Shown: positions 1-12,052 of the stretch, one piece after another
Position numbering within the stretch: the stretch's first letter is position 1
Layout: each line of letters starts with the position of its first letter
Assembly: GCF_006345805.1 (NCBI RefSeq)
Contig: NC_043005.1
Coordinates: forward strand, 83,328,001 to 83,392,000
Direction: 5' to 3'
DNA from: Octopus sinensis
Taxonomy: Eukaryota
DNA length: 64,000 nt
Translations under genes and position numbers: made by a program
The notes under the pieces: generated by a model
What the model was told of the DNA's origin: nothing
Databases searched by the model: none
What the model saw: the letters and a program-made list of their open reading frames with translations, nothing else

Positions 1-3
1 TAA

Positions 4-1204
4 GTGAGTCATCCCATAAATAATGCGGGTTTTTTATACTTCTTTTATTTTTCAAAATTAAGATAAACACAGTTCTTTTTTAATCTAAAATATACTCTTC
101 TTCATTTTCTACAATGCTCTTCCATTTCTGGTAGACTTGCAAGGCCCCTCTTTCAAAATTCACTTGTCTGTGATGAAAACTACTCCTCTAGTACTGTTTT
201 GACCTTGTCTACAGAATTCATATTTTTTCTATTTAAATGATTTTGAAGACTGTGGAATAAATGATAATCAGACAGGGCATTGTTTCCCATTCCAACTGCT
301 CCAGCCTTTAGAATATCACCCTCGCTGTAAGATGGTCGTTTTTCTTCTAGCGCTGACTTAAGCCACTCAAGCTGCTTGTAGTAGATCTCCTTTGTTATTG
401 TTTGGTTTAGGTTTAAAAGTTCAAAGTGGACTAAACCTTTCATATCTCACATAACAGGTAACAACACCTTATATGGGTGAAGACCTTCTTTAGCCTGAGT
501 ACTGGTGTTTCTCTTTTCCCTACCCACTGTCTTCAGTGCTTGATATTTTTATACAGAACCCATTTCTTCTCACCATCACTATTCGATCTAAAAAAGGTTC
601 ATTCAAGAAATGTGACAGCAAAGAAGAGCACACATTCACTCTCTGTGTGTGATTAGACTCGAAAAGTTTGTGAGGAACCCACTGACCCAATTTGCTGACT
701 TTTCCAATGGCACGCAGGTATTGATGAATGGTTGAATGACCAAATCCAAGCTTTTCTGCTAGTTCCTCAACAGTTACAATGAGATTTTGTTCCACCAGGG
801 TTTGCAGGACATCTTTGTCAAGCCTTACAGATCTTCCAGGCTCGTCTTCTAGGCAATAGTTTCTGGCTCAGAATTTCTGAAACTACCATTGACATTGGCT
901 TACACTTATAGTCCAATCCCCATTTACTGCATTAATATTCCTCACAGTTTCCATTGCGTTGTTGCCATTATTGAACTCATAAAGCAAAACATACCAAATA
1001 TGCTCTTTTGTCACTTCCATTATAGCTTTGAAAAAATAACTGTTAAAATTGAACTGCACTCTTCAAAACTTGCACTAAGAATAAGGACAAGGTAAAATTA
1101 CTACCTGATTTTATAGCAAGTTGATGCAGATAGTTTATCCCGTTCTCCTCCGACTTTTAGTTCATGCAATTGAAAAAAACCACATTATTTATGGGATGAC
1201 CCAA
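4..1204 (-). mobile_element. Mariner DNA transposon, near full length, transposase pseudogenised
   Basis: TIRs gtgagtcatcccataaataatgcgg at the left end and cacattatttatgggatgacccaa at the right end. Minus-strand ORF fragments carry the mariner motifs WVPHKL and SDYHLFHSLQNHL, with stops, frameshifts and deletions. Confidence 0.93.
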
Positions 1205-1549
1205 CATATATATATATTTAGATATATATATATATATTTAAAAAAATAAATAACTTAATTAATTAATAAATAAAATAATATAAAAATATACATATATATA
1301 TATATATATATTTGTATATATATATTTAAAATTTATAAGTTTAAATTATTTAAATAATTTTTTAATTTTTAACTTTTATATTTTTAAGTTAATTTTATGT
1401 ATTGGCTTATGTTTTTCACTGTTTGATTTGCCTAATAGTGATTTTATCTCTAATTTAATATAATATAATATATTTATACTATAAAATTGGATTTAATCCT
1501 AAATCTAATTTTTCCCTGTAAGTTTGGATTTATTCCCTAATATTATTAT

Positions 1550-1621
<72 letters not shown>

Positions 1622-1639
1622 CACATGCACACATATACA

Positions 1640-2072
1640 CAGCTCTACAGAAATATTTATAACAAATTGTAGACAGAGAGCTAGGAGGTCATACACTGGA
1701 TCATCAAATATTTCACTAGTTATAGACTGTTTTACAGCAAACTGGCAGAAAGCAAGTGCATACAAGGTGAGGTGGACGGAAAAAGTACTTTAAGGAAACA
1801 TTTAAAGCCTCACTGAAAAGCTTTGAGATAGCCCAACACCTGGGAAATGCAAGCACAAGACCATCTTGCCTAGTGATGTTCCACCAACAGAGTTGCCACC
1901 TTCTATGAACTGATCAGGATAACAGGAGCACAAAAAAACGCAAACTGTGCAAGTCGAGAGCCAACTCCTCACCTTCAGTTGGACTGACTGGCCACAGCCA
2001 AACACACTGTAGCCCATTTTCTCCCATGTGATGTCTTTGGTCATTGTCAACAATGACAGATGAATTAATGAT
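1640..2072 (+). mobile_element. RTE/BovB-like LINE 3' fragment
   Basis: Degenerate translation resembles the RTE ORF C-terminus (..FKASLKSFEI..WEMQAQD..GLTGHSQTH), ending in gtcaacaatgacagatga. Confidence 0.65.
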
Positions 2073-2077
2073 AGTAT

Positions 2078-2340
2078 GCCGGTGGCACGTAAAAAGCACC
2101 AACCGATAGTGGCTGTTGCCAGCCTCGCCTGGCACCTGTGCCGGTGGCACGTAAAAAGCACCCACTACACTCTTGGAGTGGTTGGCATTAGGAAGGGCAT
2201 CCAACTGTAGAAACACTGCCAGATCAGACTGGGCCTGGTGCAGCCTTCTGGCTTCCCAAACCCCAGTTGAACCATCCAACCCATGCTAGCATGGAAAGCG
2301 GATGTTAAACGATAATGATGATGATGATGATGATGATGGT
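2078..2340 (+). mobile_element. 5'-truncated RTE 3'UTR copy with (GAT)n tail
   Basis: gtgccggtggcacgtaaaaagcacc repeats, then ggcattaggaagggcatcc, then gttaaacgat(gat)n. Many copies occur in the window. Confidence 0.85.
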
Positions 2341-2535
2341 ATGCATGTTCAGCATGATACAATACAATTGTCTATTCACAAATCAATGCAAATAAAGAAA
2401 GCTAACTCATCAGATCATCATGGTTACACCAACGATTCAATTCTCTATGTACACACAACATATTCTCTTTACATATGGAAGACCACAACTAGATAAATAT
2501 TGGCTTGGTTTGGTCAGTAAAAATAAAGATATATT

Positions 2536-2695
2536 GGCGCAGGAGTGGCTGTGTGTAGCTTGCTTACCAACCACATGGTTCCGGGTTCAGTCCCACTGCG
2601 TGGCACCTTGGGCAAGTGTCTTCTGCTATAGCCTCGGGCCGACCAATGCCTTGTGAGTGGATTTGGTAGACAGAAACTGAAAGAAGCCTGTCGTA

Positions 2696-2752
<57 letters not shown>

Positions 2753-2968
2753 GTATATGTTTGTGTGTCTGTGTTTGTCCCCCTAGCATTGCTTGACAAC
2801 CGATGCTGGTGTGTTTATGTCCTCGTCATCTAGCGGTTCAGCAAAAGAGACCGATAGAATAAGTACTGGGCTTACAAAGAATAAGTCCCGGGGTCGATTT
2901 GCTTGACTAAAGGCGGTGCTCCAGCATGACCACAGTCAAATGACTGAAACAAGTAAAAGAGTAAAGAG
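2536..2968 (+). mobile_element. tRNA-derived SINE family A (central TA/TG microsatellite)
   Basis: Head ggcgcaggagtggctgtgtg, B-box-like ggttcagtcc, ccttgggcaag core, internal (TA)n(TG)n, tail gtaaaagagtaaagag. More than 10 copies in the window. Confidence 0.85.
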
Positions 2969-3386
2969 TGTTTAATATCAGTGAAGGTCCTAGATAGAAG
3001 TTCAAGGAAATGACTATCCTTAATGTTAACAAAAAACAGGAAGAGATAAAAAGGGGAAGTAAAAAGTAATTAAAGTAAGTATAAAAATAAGAAGCTTAAA
3101 AAGTGTATGAAAATATATATAAAAAGACATATGGAGGACAGACAGATGGAAATATAAGATTACCCCAAGAAATAATATTAAACAACAGTATCCTTCAAGC
3201 AGAGTTAAAAGGTGAAAACCCTTACATAGAAGCATATGATCCTTTAAATTTTAATCACATTTTCCAAATACACTCCAAAACACACACACACACACATACT
3301 TATATTCATGCATACATTTCTCTTATTTAAGTGATTTATATTTTCTTTGATATAAAGGCTGCCATATTTAACATCAAAATTTTTAA

Positions 3387-3533
3387 ATGAGAGCCCGCAT
3401 AAAAAAATCTGAGAGCCTGATAAATGAACCCCAAAGCGTTGCAAGCCATCCAGATCTTGTGTCTGACACTAAATCTCAAACTGAGTCACTCCTACTGAGG
3501 GGCAGAACCCAGAATTTACATAATGATTCATAC
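3387..3533 (+). CDS. Candidate first coding exon of an unidentified gene (MRARIKKSESLINEPQSVASHPDLVSDTKSQTESLLLRGRTQNLHNDSY)
   Basis: ATG at 3387 is preceded by an in-frame TAA. 49 open codons of non-repeat sequence end at a consensus donor gtaagt (3534). A possible acceptor ttttctttgatataaag lies at 3357. No homology recognised. Confidence 0.35.
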
Positions 3534-3749
3534 GTAAGTTTAATTTGATCTCTCCTTATTCGCTTGCTTCTTTGTTATTTTTATTTTCATTTTTTTAATT
3601 TTTATTTTTCTATTTTGGGTGTCTGGCAACCATTCTTTATCTTTTTCTAGTTTCAAGCCTATAGGCAGTGGTAATGCTGGAGCACCACAATTGATATGTT
3701 CTATCGTTGATTTGTTGCCACAACTTAAGTCTTAGCTCAGACTAAAAAA

Positions 3750-3814
3750 GTAGTAGTAGTAGTAGTAGTAGTAGAGGTGGTGGTAACAGAAGTGCCAACA
3801 CCACTACCAGCAGC

Positions 3815-3849
<35 letters not shown>

Positions 3850-4056
3850 AGGTAGGGGTAACAGAAGCACCAACACCACTACCAGCAGCAGCACTAGCAG
3901 TAGTAGTAGTAGTAGTAGTAGAGGTGGTGGTAACAGAAGCACTAACAGCACCAACACCACTACAAGCAGTAGTAGTAGTAGTAGTAGTAGAGGTGGTGGT
4001 AACAGAAGCACCAACACCACTACCAGCAGCATAGTAGTAGTAGTAGTAGTAGTAGG
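3750..4056. repeat. Compound minisatellite: (AGT)n tracts alternating with a ~40-bp unit, about 4 copies
   Basis: The unit gaggtggtggtaacagaagcaccaacaccactaccagcagca recurs between (gta)n runs. Confidence 0.9.
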
Positions 4057-4889
4057 GATGGTGGTGTTGGTGTAGTTGTTATTGTTTATTTAGCTTCAAG
4101 TCAGCCATGATGTAGCAGAAGAGCAATCCACCCATGATCAAGTCATTTCATTTCATAGATTTAGTATATTTAGGATCAAAAGAAGTATGTGGCCTAATAG
4201 TTAGACAACTGGGCTCTTGATCACAAAATCATGGATTCGATTCCCAGTCTGGGAAGAAGGTATGTAGAACAAGGTACTTGGCTTTCACACTGCTCTACTG
4301 AGTTCGCAATACTAATTAAAAAGATTTGATTAGAAGAATTTGCATACAGCGTATTCTTGATACCTGGTTTGATTATTAATCTGAAATACAAACATATTTC
4401 TCCTCAAATATGCTGCCTTTGTTTCAGTTCAGGTAAAAATTTACTATTACAACTGTCTCACCTTGAAGATAAAATGTTACCTAAAGAACAAGTGTTTTCC
4501 AACGGTTTTCATGTTCACAACTCATAAGAACATATAAAAATTCATGTGTCCAACAAAAACAAGTCAGGGAGAAGTAAAAAGCACCCATGTTGGTGCCATG
4601 TAAAAAGCACTGGTGCTGGAGCCATGTGAAAAGCACCCAGTCCACTCTGTAAAGTAGCTGGGCATTTAGCCATAGGAACCATGCCTGAACAGACATTTGG
4701 AGGCTCTCCAGCTTGCCACCTCCTGTCAAACTGTCCAACCCATGCCAGCATGGAAAACGGACATTAAATGATGGTGATGGTGGTGATGGTGATGGTGATG
4801 ATGATGACTATGATGATGGGAAAAATATATATTTCACCTTCAAAGTGAAATGGTATGATGATAAAACTTTACCTCAATCCATTTTTTTA

Positions 4890-5360
4890 AATAATGGAGA
4901 GTTTAGCAAAATAACATTGTCCTCATTAAGCTAGTGTTTAAAACAAATTAATACGAAATATTTTAATGTAGATCACTTTGAAAAAGGGAGTTTGTATTAT
5001 TGAACCGAGGGTGGTCTCATTGAGTCTGGTGTCAACAAGGTTAATGCTTTCGTTTCCTTATTTCTATTGAAATCCACTGCTTTTAAAATCACAAAGAATT
5101 TATTAAAACTTTATTGTTATTAAGCTGGTTTTAGGACCATACATTAACATGAAATTTTGGTGAAAGGTGTAAATTTAGATCACTCCAAAAGAGGGAAGTT
5201 TGTCATAGAACCAGAGGTAGTCTCAGATGAGTTAGATTTAAAAGGGTTAATTCATTTGTTACTTTTTTTTCTGTTATGGTACACAGCTTTTGTTTCAATT
5301 AATTTTTTAAATATTGTAGAATTTAGTAAAATAACTGTCATTATTAAACTGGTGTTAGAC
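4890..5360 (+). mobile_element. Cluster of partial piggyBac-like MITE copies
   Basis: Repeated block aatttagtaaaataac..tagatcact..agggaagtttg..gaacc ending in aagggttaa (TTAA-CCC type end). Related pieces lie near 6.1-6.2, 31.7-31.9, 37.4-37.8 and 42.9 kb. Confidence 0.55.
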
Positions 5361-5606
5361 AGTGAGCTAGCAGAATCATGAGTATACCAAGCAAATTGCT
5401 TAGCAGCCTTTCATCTACCTTTATGTTCTAAGTTCAAATTCTGCCGAGGGCTGACTTTGCTTGCTATCCTTTCAGAGTTGATAAAATAAGTACTAGTTGC
5501 GTACTGGGATTGATGTAATTGACTTACCCCCTCCAAACTTGCTGACCTTGTGCCAAAATTTGAAACTATTATCAAGCTGGTGTTTAAAACATGAATTAAT
5601 GTAGAT

Positions 5607-5788
5607 GTAGAAGTGGCTGTGTGGTAAGTAGCTTACTTACCAACCACATCGTTCCAGGTTCAGTTACACTGCATGGCACCTTGGGCAAGTGTCTTCTACT
5701 ATAGCCTTGGGCCGACCAAAGCCCTGAGTCGATTTGGTAGATGGAAACTGAAAAAGAAGCCCTTCGTATATATGTGTGTATATGTATA

Positions 5789-5837
<49 letters not shown>

Positions 5838-5851
5838 TATATATATTTATA

Positions 5852-5888
<37 letters not shown>

Positions 5889-6100
5889 TTGTGTGTCTGT
5901 GTTTGTCCCCCCAACATCGCTTGGCAACCGATGCTGGTGTGTTTAAGTCCCCGTAACTTAGCGGTTCAGCAAAAGAGACCGATAGAATAAGTACTAGGCT
6001 TACAAAGAATAAGTCCTGGGGTCAATTTCCTCGACCAAAGGCGATGCTCCAGCATGGCCACAGTCAAATGACTGAAACAAATAAAAGAGTAAAAGAGTAA
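5607..6100 (+). mobile_element. SINE family A copy
   Basis: Same head, core and tail as 2536-2968, with a long internal (TA)n(TG)n. Confidence 0.85.
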
Positions 6101-7128
6101 CATTAAATTTTGACAAAAGACTTTGATTCAAATCTCTTTTAAACACGAAGTTTGTATCATAGAACCAGGGGTGATCTTACTAAACTTGGTATCAAAAGGG
6201 TTAAACAGTTCTCTTTTACTGCATCACATCACTGAACTTAGACTAATTAATATTAATCTATGAATAATGAAGGCTCTTAAAAATCCCTAGTAATTCTAAA
6301 ACTAGATCATTAGATTTATTGACCCTGCAACTGGTAGAATAGTGATAGCCCTTGAGTTGGGTGTCCACTCCTGATCATATAAAAGCATCTCTCAAAGCAA
6401 ATTTCAATCTCTTCACATCGGGAGTTTGTAGAATTAGGTTTCATTTTGAAATTACAAGAAGCAAAAAAGATGTGCAGTAAACTTTTACCATTACACCTGC
6501 CTCGATTTGAAGGTGAAATGTATGTTTTCATATGTATTTTTTTTTATGCTGTTTTGAACGAACCTAACCATCAAAACCATTGGAAAACACTTATAGTTTA
6601 GGTAAGCCCCTCCTTACAGATGGGATGGGCATAAATTGTAAACATTGCAGATTTCATAACTTTCAGTCAAAAATAAGAATAAAAAAAACATATCAAATCT
6701 GCTACAAATTATATTACAAGTTAGTAAATGACCATTCCTAAATACAACAATATTAGTAATTATCATTTTTTTGTCAAATATATAATTAATCCTTTAGCAT
6801 TCAGATTACTCTGCCAAATACGATGCTTATTTATTTATATTATTTTGAATTACCTTTATGTCATCTTGTAGCTTCAATATTTCAATGATGTGATTATTTA
6901 GTTTTTGAAGCCTTTATTTAATTTGATATTGATGGTTTCTGAGGGAAGTAGTGTGGCCTAGCCATTAGGGTGTTCAACTAGTGATCATAGAATCACTGAT
7001 TCATTTCTAGGATTGAGTAGGGCAATGTGTCCTGGAACAAGGTACTTCATTTTATGAAAGTCCAATCTTCTCAGTTGAAAAATAAATACCAGCCAAATAG
7101 TGGTGCATCTCTCTCTGTCTCTCTCTCT

Positions 7129-7163
<35 letters not shown>

Positions 7164-8199
7164 CAGCTGTTACATCCTGGATGGAACATTGGATCAAAGG
7201 ATGAGAGAGTCAAGAGGTGACTATATCTGCTCATGACTATAGAGGCATATAAAAGCAATTAGTTAAAGCATTGTACATGTTATCAAGCCATACTTTTTTG
7301 AGGGCAATGACTGACTCTTTAGATGGTTTCTATGTTGAAGCATTATAGTATAACATTCCATATGAAGTAATCTTATGAAAGACTATGTAACATTAGGATA
7401 ACAGTGCTGAAGTTGGAAGGATATTAAGTAATAAAAAAAAGTTGAAATTAAGAAATACACTGGAACTATAAATGTTAAATGTATTGTTTGCAGCTAAATT
7501 TAGATTAAGAATATTAAACAAATGTTGTAGCACTAGTAAAAGACATAAAAATTTTTTAAAACTTATTACAAGCTTTAGGTACAATGGCTTCAAATCTGAG
7601 CAAAAATGATCTCTGTCTTTCAGAGAATAAAAACTGGTAAGTTTAATAGAAGTAAATGTACAATTTATATTTATAATTTGTTGTAGAGTTTTAGTCTACA
7701 GTTTTTGTATTTTTATAAATGAACCTTAGATGAGTATATACATATATATTCAATATAATTTTTAAAAATACATGTTCATTATGGACTTCTGGTAACACAT
7801 GTGCAATGATATACAGTTACCTGGCCCTAGCCAGAACAAAGCATTCATGACCAGACTAGATTTTATGTGCCATGCACAAACACAAGTAATCTGTCATTTG
7901 AATTTCTACTTGGCAAACATTGAATTCTGAAATATCTCCACAACTTCTTTTAAAACTTATGTTTCATTTTAATTATTTCAGTTAATATTCTTCATTTATT
8001 TATAAATTGTTATGTTTTATTTTTTTAATATTAAATGCACATTCTATTAACAACTGCTTTGCTAGACTTCCTCTTGTAGCTCTCTCCTTTAAATTTTACA
8101 TTTTCAACTGTTGCATGCTTTGTCAGCACTCTACTAAGAATTAATACTTCGTTGCTTGGCATATGTACATATGTGTGCCTCACAACCCCCCTCCCCCAA

Positions 8200-8915
8200 C
8201 CCTACACACATTTTGTTTCCTCATAACCTCCAGAAAAATGGTTATTTTGGAATGAAATTTTCTACAAATACACTTCAAAAAGTATAGATTCTGATTATAT
8301 GAGCATGTGTGAAAAAATGTTTCCGTGGGTGGGGAGAGGAGTTTCAGGAAATTCATCTAAGTTGAATTTGTTTCTTCATAACTTTCAGAAAAATGTGTAT
8401 TCTTTAATGAAATTTTCTACAAATACCTTTCAGAGTTTGTAGATTACTACTATCCTTAAATCCTTAAAAATGTTTTAGCCCAAAGAAAAAAATTGGTGGG
8501 CTTGCACACATACATACTAACAAATACCACATATAGTTGCAAAATGGAACTTGAAAATTTGAAAAAAATTGTCATGTATGTCAGTGTGTATGTATGTATA
8601 TGAGCCTACCATTTTTTTTTCTTCTCATAAAATTCCAATATAATCATAATTTACACACTCTGAAAGGTATGTATAGATAATTTCATTTAAAAATACCCAT
8701 TTTTCTAAAAGTTATGAGGAAACAAAGCCTATTCACATGAATTTTCTGAAAATTTTCACCCCACACCCTCCAAAAAAATTTTTTTTTTTCACAGCAAATT
8801 TTAATTGAAACTATACCATCTGAAACATTTTCGGAGAAAATTTCATTAAAAGATATCCAATTTTCTGCAAGTTATGCAGAAACAAAGTCGGGTTGGGGGC
8901 ACACTTTTGTAGGTA
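8200..8915. mobile_element. Degenerate non-autonomous DNA element with subterminal inverted repeats
   Basis: tttgtttcctcataacctccagaaaaatggttatttt (~8212) and a second copy (~8370) are mirrored by aaaatacccatttttctaaaagttatgaggaaacaaa (~8692) and a copy at ~8850-8885. Confidence 0.5.
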
Positions 8916-9066
8916 TACATATTGCTTTAGCAATGGTAAATATATGTTTACTATTTTTCTTTTCAACGTAAGTAATACTAAGATCACATTGTTATTAAAT
9001 ATCTACATAAGAGCTTGCTTCCCTTTGCTTTCATTTTGTATGCAAAAATATTTGATTACATTATTA

Positions 9067-9588
9067 CCGTAAATCCTTGAGTATAATCTGCACTTTTTTC
9101 CCAAAATTTAAAGGTCAAAATCCCTAGTGTGTACTATATACGAGGTTAAAAATGAAAAATATTTTCTAAGCAATGTCCAAGTCTCTATTTGCAGTCCGGC
9201 AATGTTTATTCAGACACATTTTGTGATGTCAGGCGCAAAAATACATTAAGCTAAGCCTGAAAGCAATGAAGTCATAAAAGAATCATCCATAACTGGCAGT
9301 AAACAACATTTATTAAAATAAAAGTATTCAGAACACAGAATAACATGTAACAAAAACAATTTGCAAACATATCTACATTCCCATATAACAGTTAAGAACA
9401 TCATCATTACTGTATTACGTATGCGTGGAAGTGTTTGTTCGACTAGGTGCTGCTGACTTAATTACACACAACTCAAGTTAGAGAAGGGGTGCATATTATA
9501 CACAAGGCTTAGGTTTTTCAGAAGTACAGCCCCCTAAAAATCCCCTGCGTATTATACTCAAGGGTGAGCTATACTCGAGGATTTACGG
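9067..9588. mobile_element. Tc1/mariner-pogo-type MITE, complete
   Basis: TIRs ccgtaaatccttgagtata and tatactcgaggatttacgg, with TA on both sides. Confidence 0.9.
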
Positions 9589-10454
9589 TATATATTATAT
9601 ATAAACAAACAATACACATTTTTATTCAGTTTGCATTAAAAGAGTGACAGTAATGTGAATGAGATGGGCTCAAATTTTCACTACACAAACGCAGAGAGGA
9701 TAATGGTATTTATGATGATGTTGTGTCAGTAATGAATACTAACTGTATTCGAAATGTTTCAAAATGTGCGTGCATTTGTGTGTGTGTGTATTAAAATTTA
9801 TTGGCAGTATTAAGTAATCTTTCATTGCATTATAAATGTACATTCATCATCATCATCATTGTTTAACATCCATTTTCCATGCTGCCATGGGTTGGACAGT
9901 TCGACTGGGTTCTGGGATGCCAGGAGGCTGCACCAGGCTCCAGTCTGATCTGCATTTCATCTTATAATTCTATTCTATGTTTTCTGCTACTGACATTTGA
10001 TATTTCTTCATGTTGCATATTTTACCAGTGCTCTTCTTACCTGTATGTCATATGTATATTTATGCATATGCACTATATGATACAATGAGATCAAATCAAT
10101 GTAAAATATGCTATCTTAAAGATAGTGTGTTTGCACCAGTATATACATATATATGATGATGGAATCACCTGTCAAAGATGATGTATAAGTGTTCAGTAAG
10201 AAGATAATAATGCCCAACAGACACATGCCTGCACATACACACATACACACACACACATGTATATTAACCTATATGAATATTTATTTCTTTATTGTCCACA
10301 GGGGGCTAAACATAGAGGGGACAAACAAGTACAGACAAAGGGATCAAGTCGATTACATCGACCCCAGTGCATAACTGGTACTTATTTAATCAAACCCGAA
10401 AGGATGAAAGGTAATGTCAATCTCAGCAGAATTTTAATTCAAAACGTAATCTTT

Positions 10455-10667
10455 TCTACTCTAGGCACAAGGCCCGAAATTTTTGGGGAAGGAGGGGGCA
10501 GTTGATTAGATCGATCCCAGTATGCAACTGGTACTTAATTTATCAATCCCTAAAAGGAAGAAAGGCAAAGTCGACCTCGGCGGAATTTGAACTCAGAACG
10601 TAAAGACACACAAATTACCGTTAAGCATTTCGCCTGGCGTGCTAACGTTTCTGCCAGCTCACTGCCT
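10455..10667 (-). mobile_element. tRNA-derived SINE family B (Deu/Nin-domain-like core)
   Basis: Reverse complement of gagctggcagaaacgttagcac..gagttcaaattccgccgaggtcgactttgcc..gataaattaagtaccag. About 15 partial copies in the window. The domain name is from memory, not from a search. Confidence 0.75.
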
Positions 10668-11354
10668 TGTATGAATATTGGTTGGTTGCGTTACATCATA
10701 CAGAAGTAGGGAAGAGGGAGAAAAAAGACCTGCAGAAGGATTTAACATAAAGGGTGCCAGATGAGTGCACATACTGGGCTTCGTAGCAGGCAATGAGTAA
10801 AAGAATATTACATGCACACTGACAGTGAGCGAGAAGAATCATAGAGATTGGGGAAGTGGAGGCAGAAGTGACAGAATAGTTGGATGTTGCTGAAGAAGGC
10901 ATTGTAATAATTAATATTTATTATAATGATTATTTTCTTCAGATGTTTTTCATGTAAGCTGTTTGTTAACAGAGTAAATTTAATTTCTTTCTTTTATTTA
11001 TTTATTTATTTATTTTTTTTTTTTTTTTTTTTTTTGTATTAATGCATTCTCTAAGTTAATCTGTAATGAGCTTTCGCAGTTGCTGCAGTAATATTGGTTT
11101 CAAATTTTGGCACTAGGCCAAAACTTTTGGGGGAGATGATGGTATTTATTTTATCAATCCTGAAAGGATGAAAGGTAAAATTCAACCTTGACAGACTTTG
11201 AACTCAGAATGTAAAGACAGATGAAATGTCACAAAGCATTTTGCCTGGTGTGCAAAAGATTCTGCCAGCTCGGCCTCTTAATTGCTACAGTAATATTTGT
11301 TTCAAGATTTTGGCTCAAGGCTAGCAATTTCGGTGTGACAGGGGAGAGGGTGCG

Positions 11355-11725
11355 GTAAGAGTACCATCCAAGCGTGATCGTTGCCAGAGCAACAAACTGG
11401 CTTCCGTGCCGGTAGCATGTAAAAAGCACCATTCGAGCATGATCGTTATCTGCATCACCTTACTGGCATTTGTGCTGGAGGCATTTGAAAAAACATTTGA
11501 GTCTAGCCATTGCCAGTACCACCTGACTGGCCCTCATGCCAGTGGCATGTAAAAGCACCCACTACACTCTCGGAGTGGTTGGCATTAGGAAGAACATCCA
11601 GCTGTAGAAACTCTACCAGATCAGATTGGAGCCTAGTGCAGCCATCTGGTTCGCCAGACCTCAGTCAAATCGTTCAACCCATGCTAGCACGGAAAACGGA
11701 CATTAAACGATGGTCATGATGATGA
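11355..11725 (+). mobile_element. RTE 3'UTR copy
   Basis: aaaaagcacc repeats, ggcattaggaagaacatccagc, and a (gat)n tail. Confidence 0.8.
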
Positions 11726-11840
11726 TCAATCCCCAGTGCTCAGCTGGTACTTATTTCATTGATCCCAAAAGGATGAAAACAAAACTGACCTCAGCAGAAT
11801 TTGAACTCAGAACATAAAGAGAGACAAAATGCCACATTAA

Positions 11841-12052
11841 GATGGTGAGCTGGCAGAATCATTAGCATACCAGGTGAAATGTTTAGCAGTATTTCATCTG
11901 TCTTTATGTTCTGAGTTCAAATTCCACCAAGGTTGACTTTGTCTTTCATCCTTTCGGGGTCGATAAATTAAGTACCAGTTGCGTATTGGGGTCGATCCAA
12001 TCGACTGTCCCCTCCCCAAAAATTTTGGGCCTTGTGCCTAGAGTAGAAAAGA
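11841..12052 (+). mobile_element. SINE family B copy
   Basis: ggtgagctggcagaatcattagc..gagttcaaattcc..ttcatcctttcggggtcgataaattaagtaccag..gtgcctagagtagaaaag. Confidence 0.8.

Noticed and set aside
1505-1793. ORFs rich in YI/HT/CV/MYVC runs here and throughout (e.g. 5699-5956, 32022-32579, 47371-47783, 50573-51148, 53673-55764)
   Set aside because: They are translations of (TA)n, (CA)n, (TATG)n and (ATT)n microsatellites with no domain content.
1802-2362. Recurring ORFs such as FLQLDALPNANH and MLGGQTQTH in many places
   Set aside because: They are chance frames in the RTE 3'UTR and SINE family A, not a gene family.
2536-2610. tRNA-like sequences with A/B boxes (also 48788, 51240, 58868)
   Set aside because: They are SINE heads continuing into SINE bodies, with no complete cloverleaf.
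6313-6520. Protein-like frames (FIDPATGRIVIALELG; REFVELGFILKLQEAKKMCSKLLPLHLPRFEGE) ending near a gtatgt donor
   Set aside because: In-frame stops, no convincing acceptor and no recognisable family.
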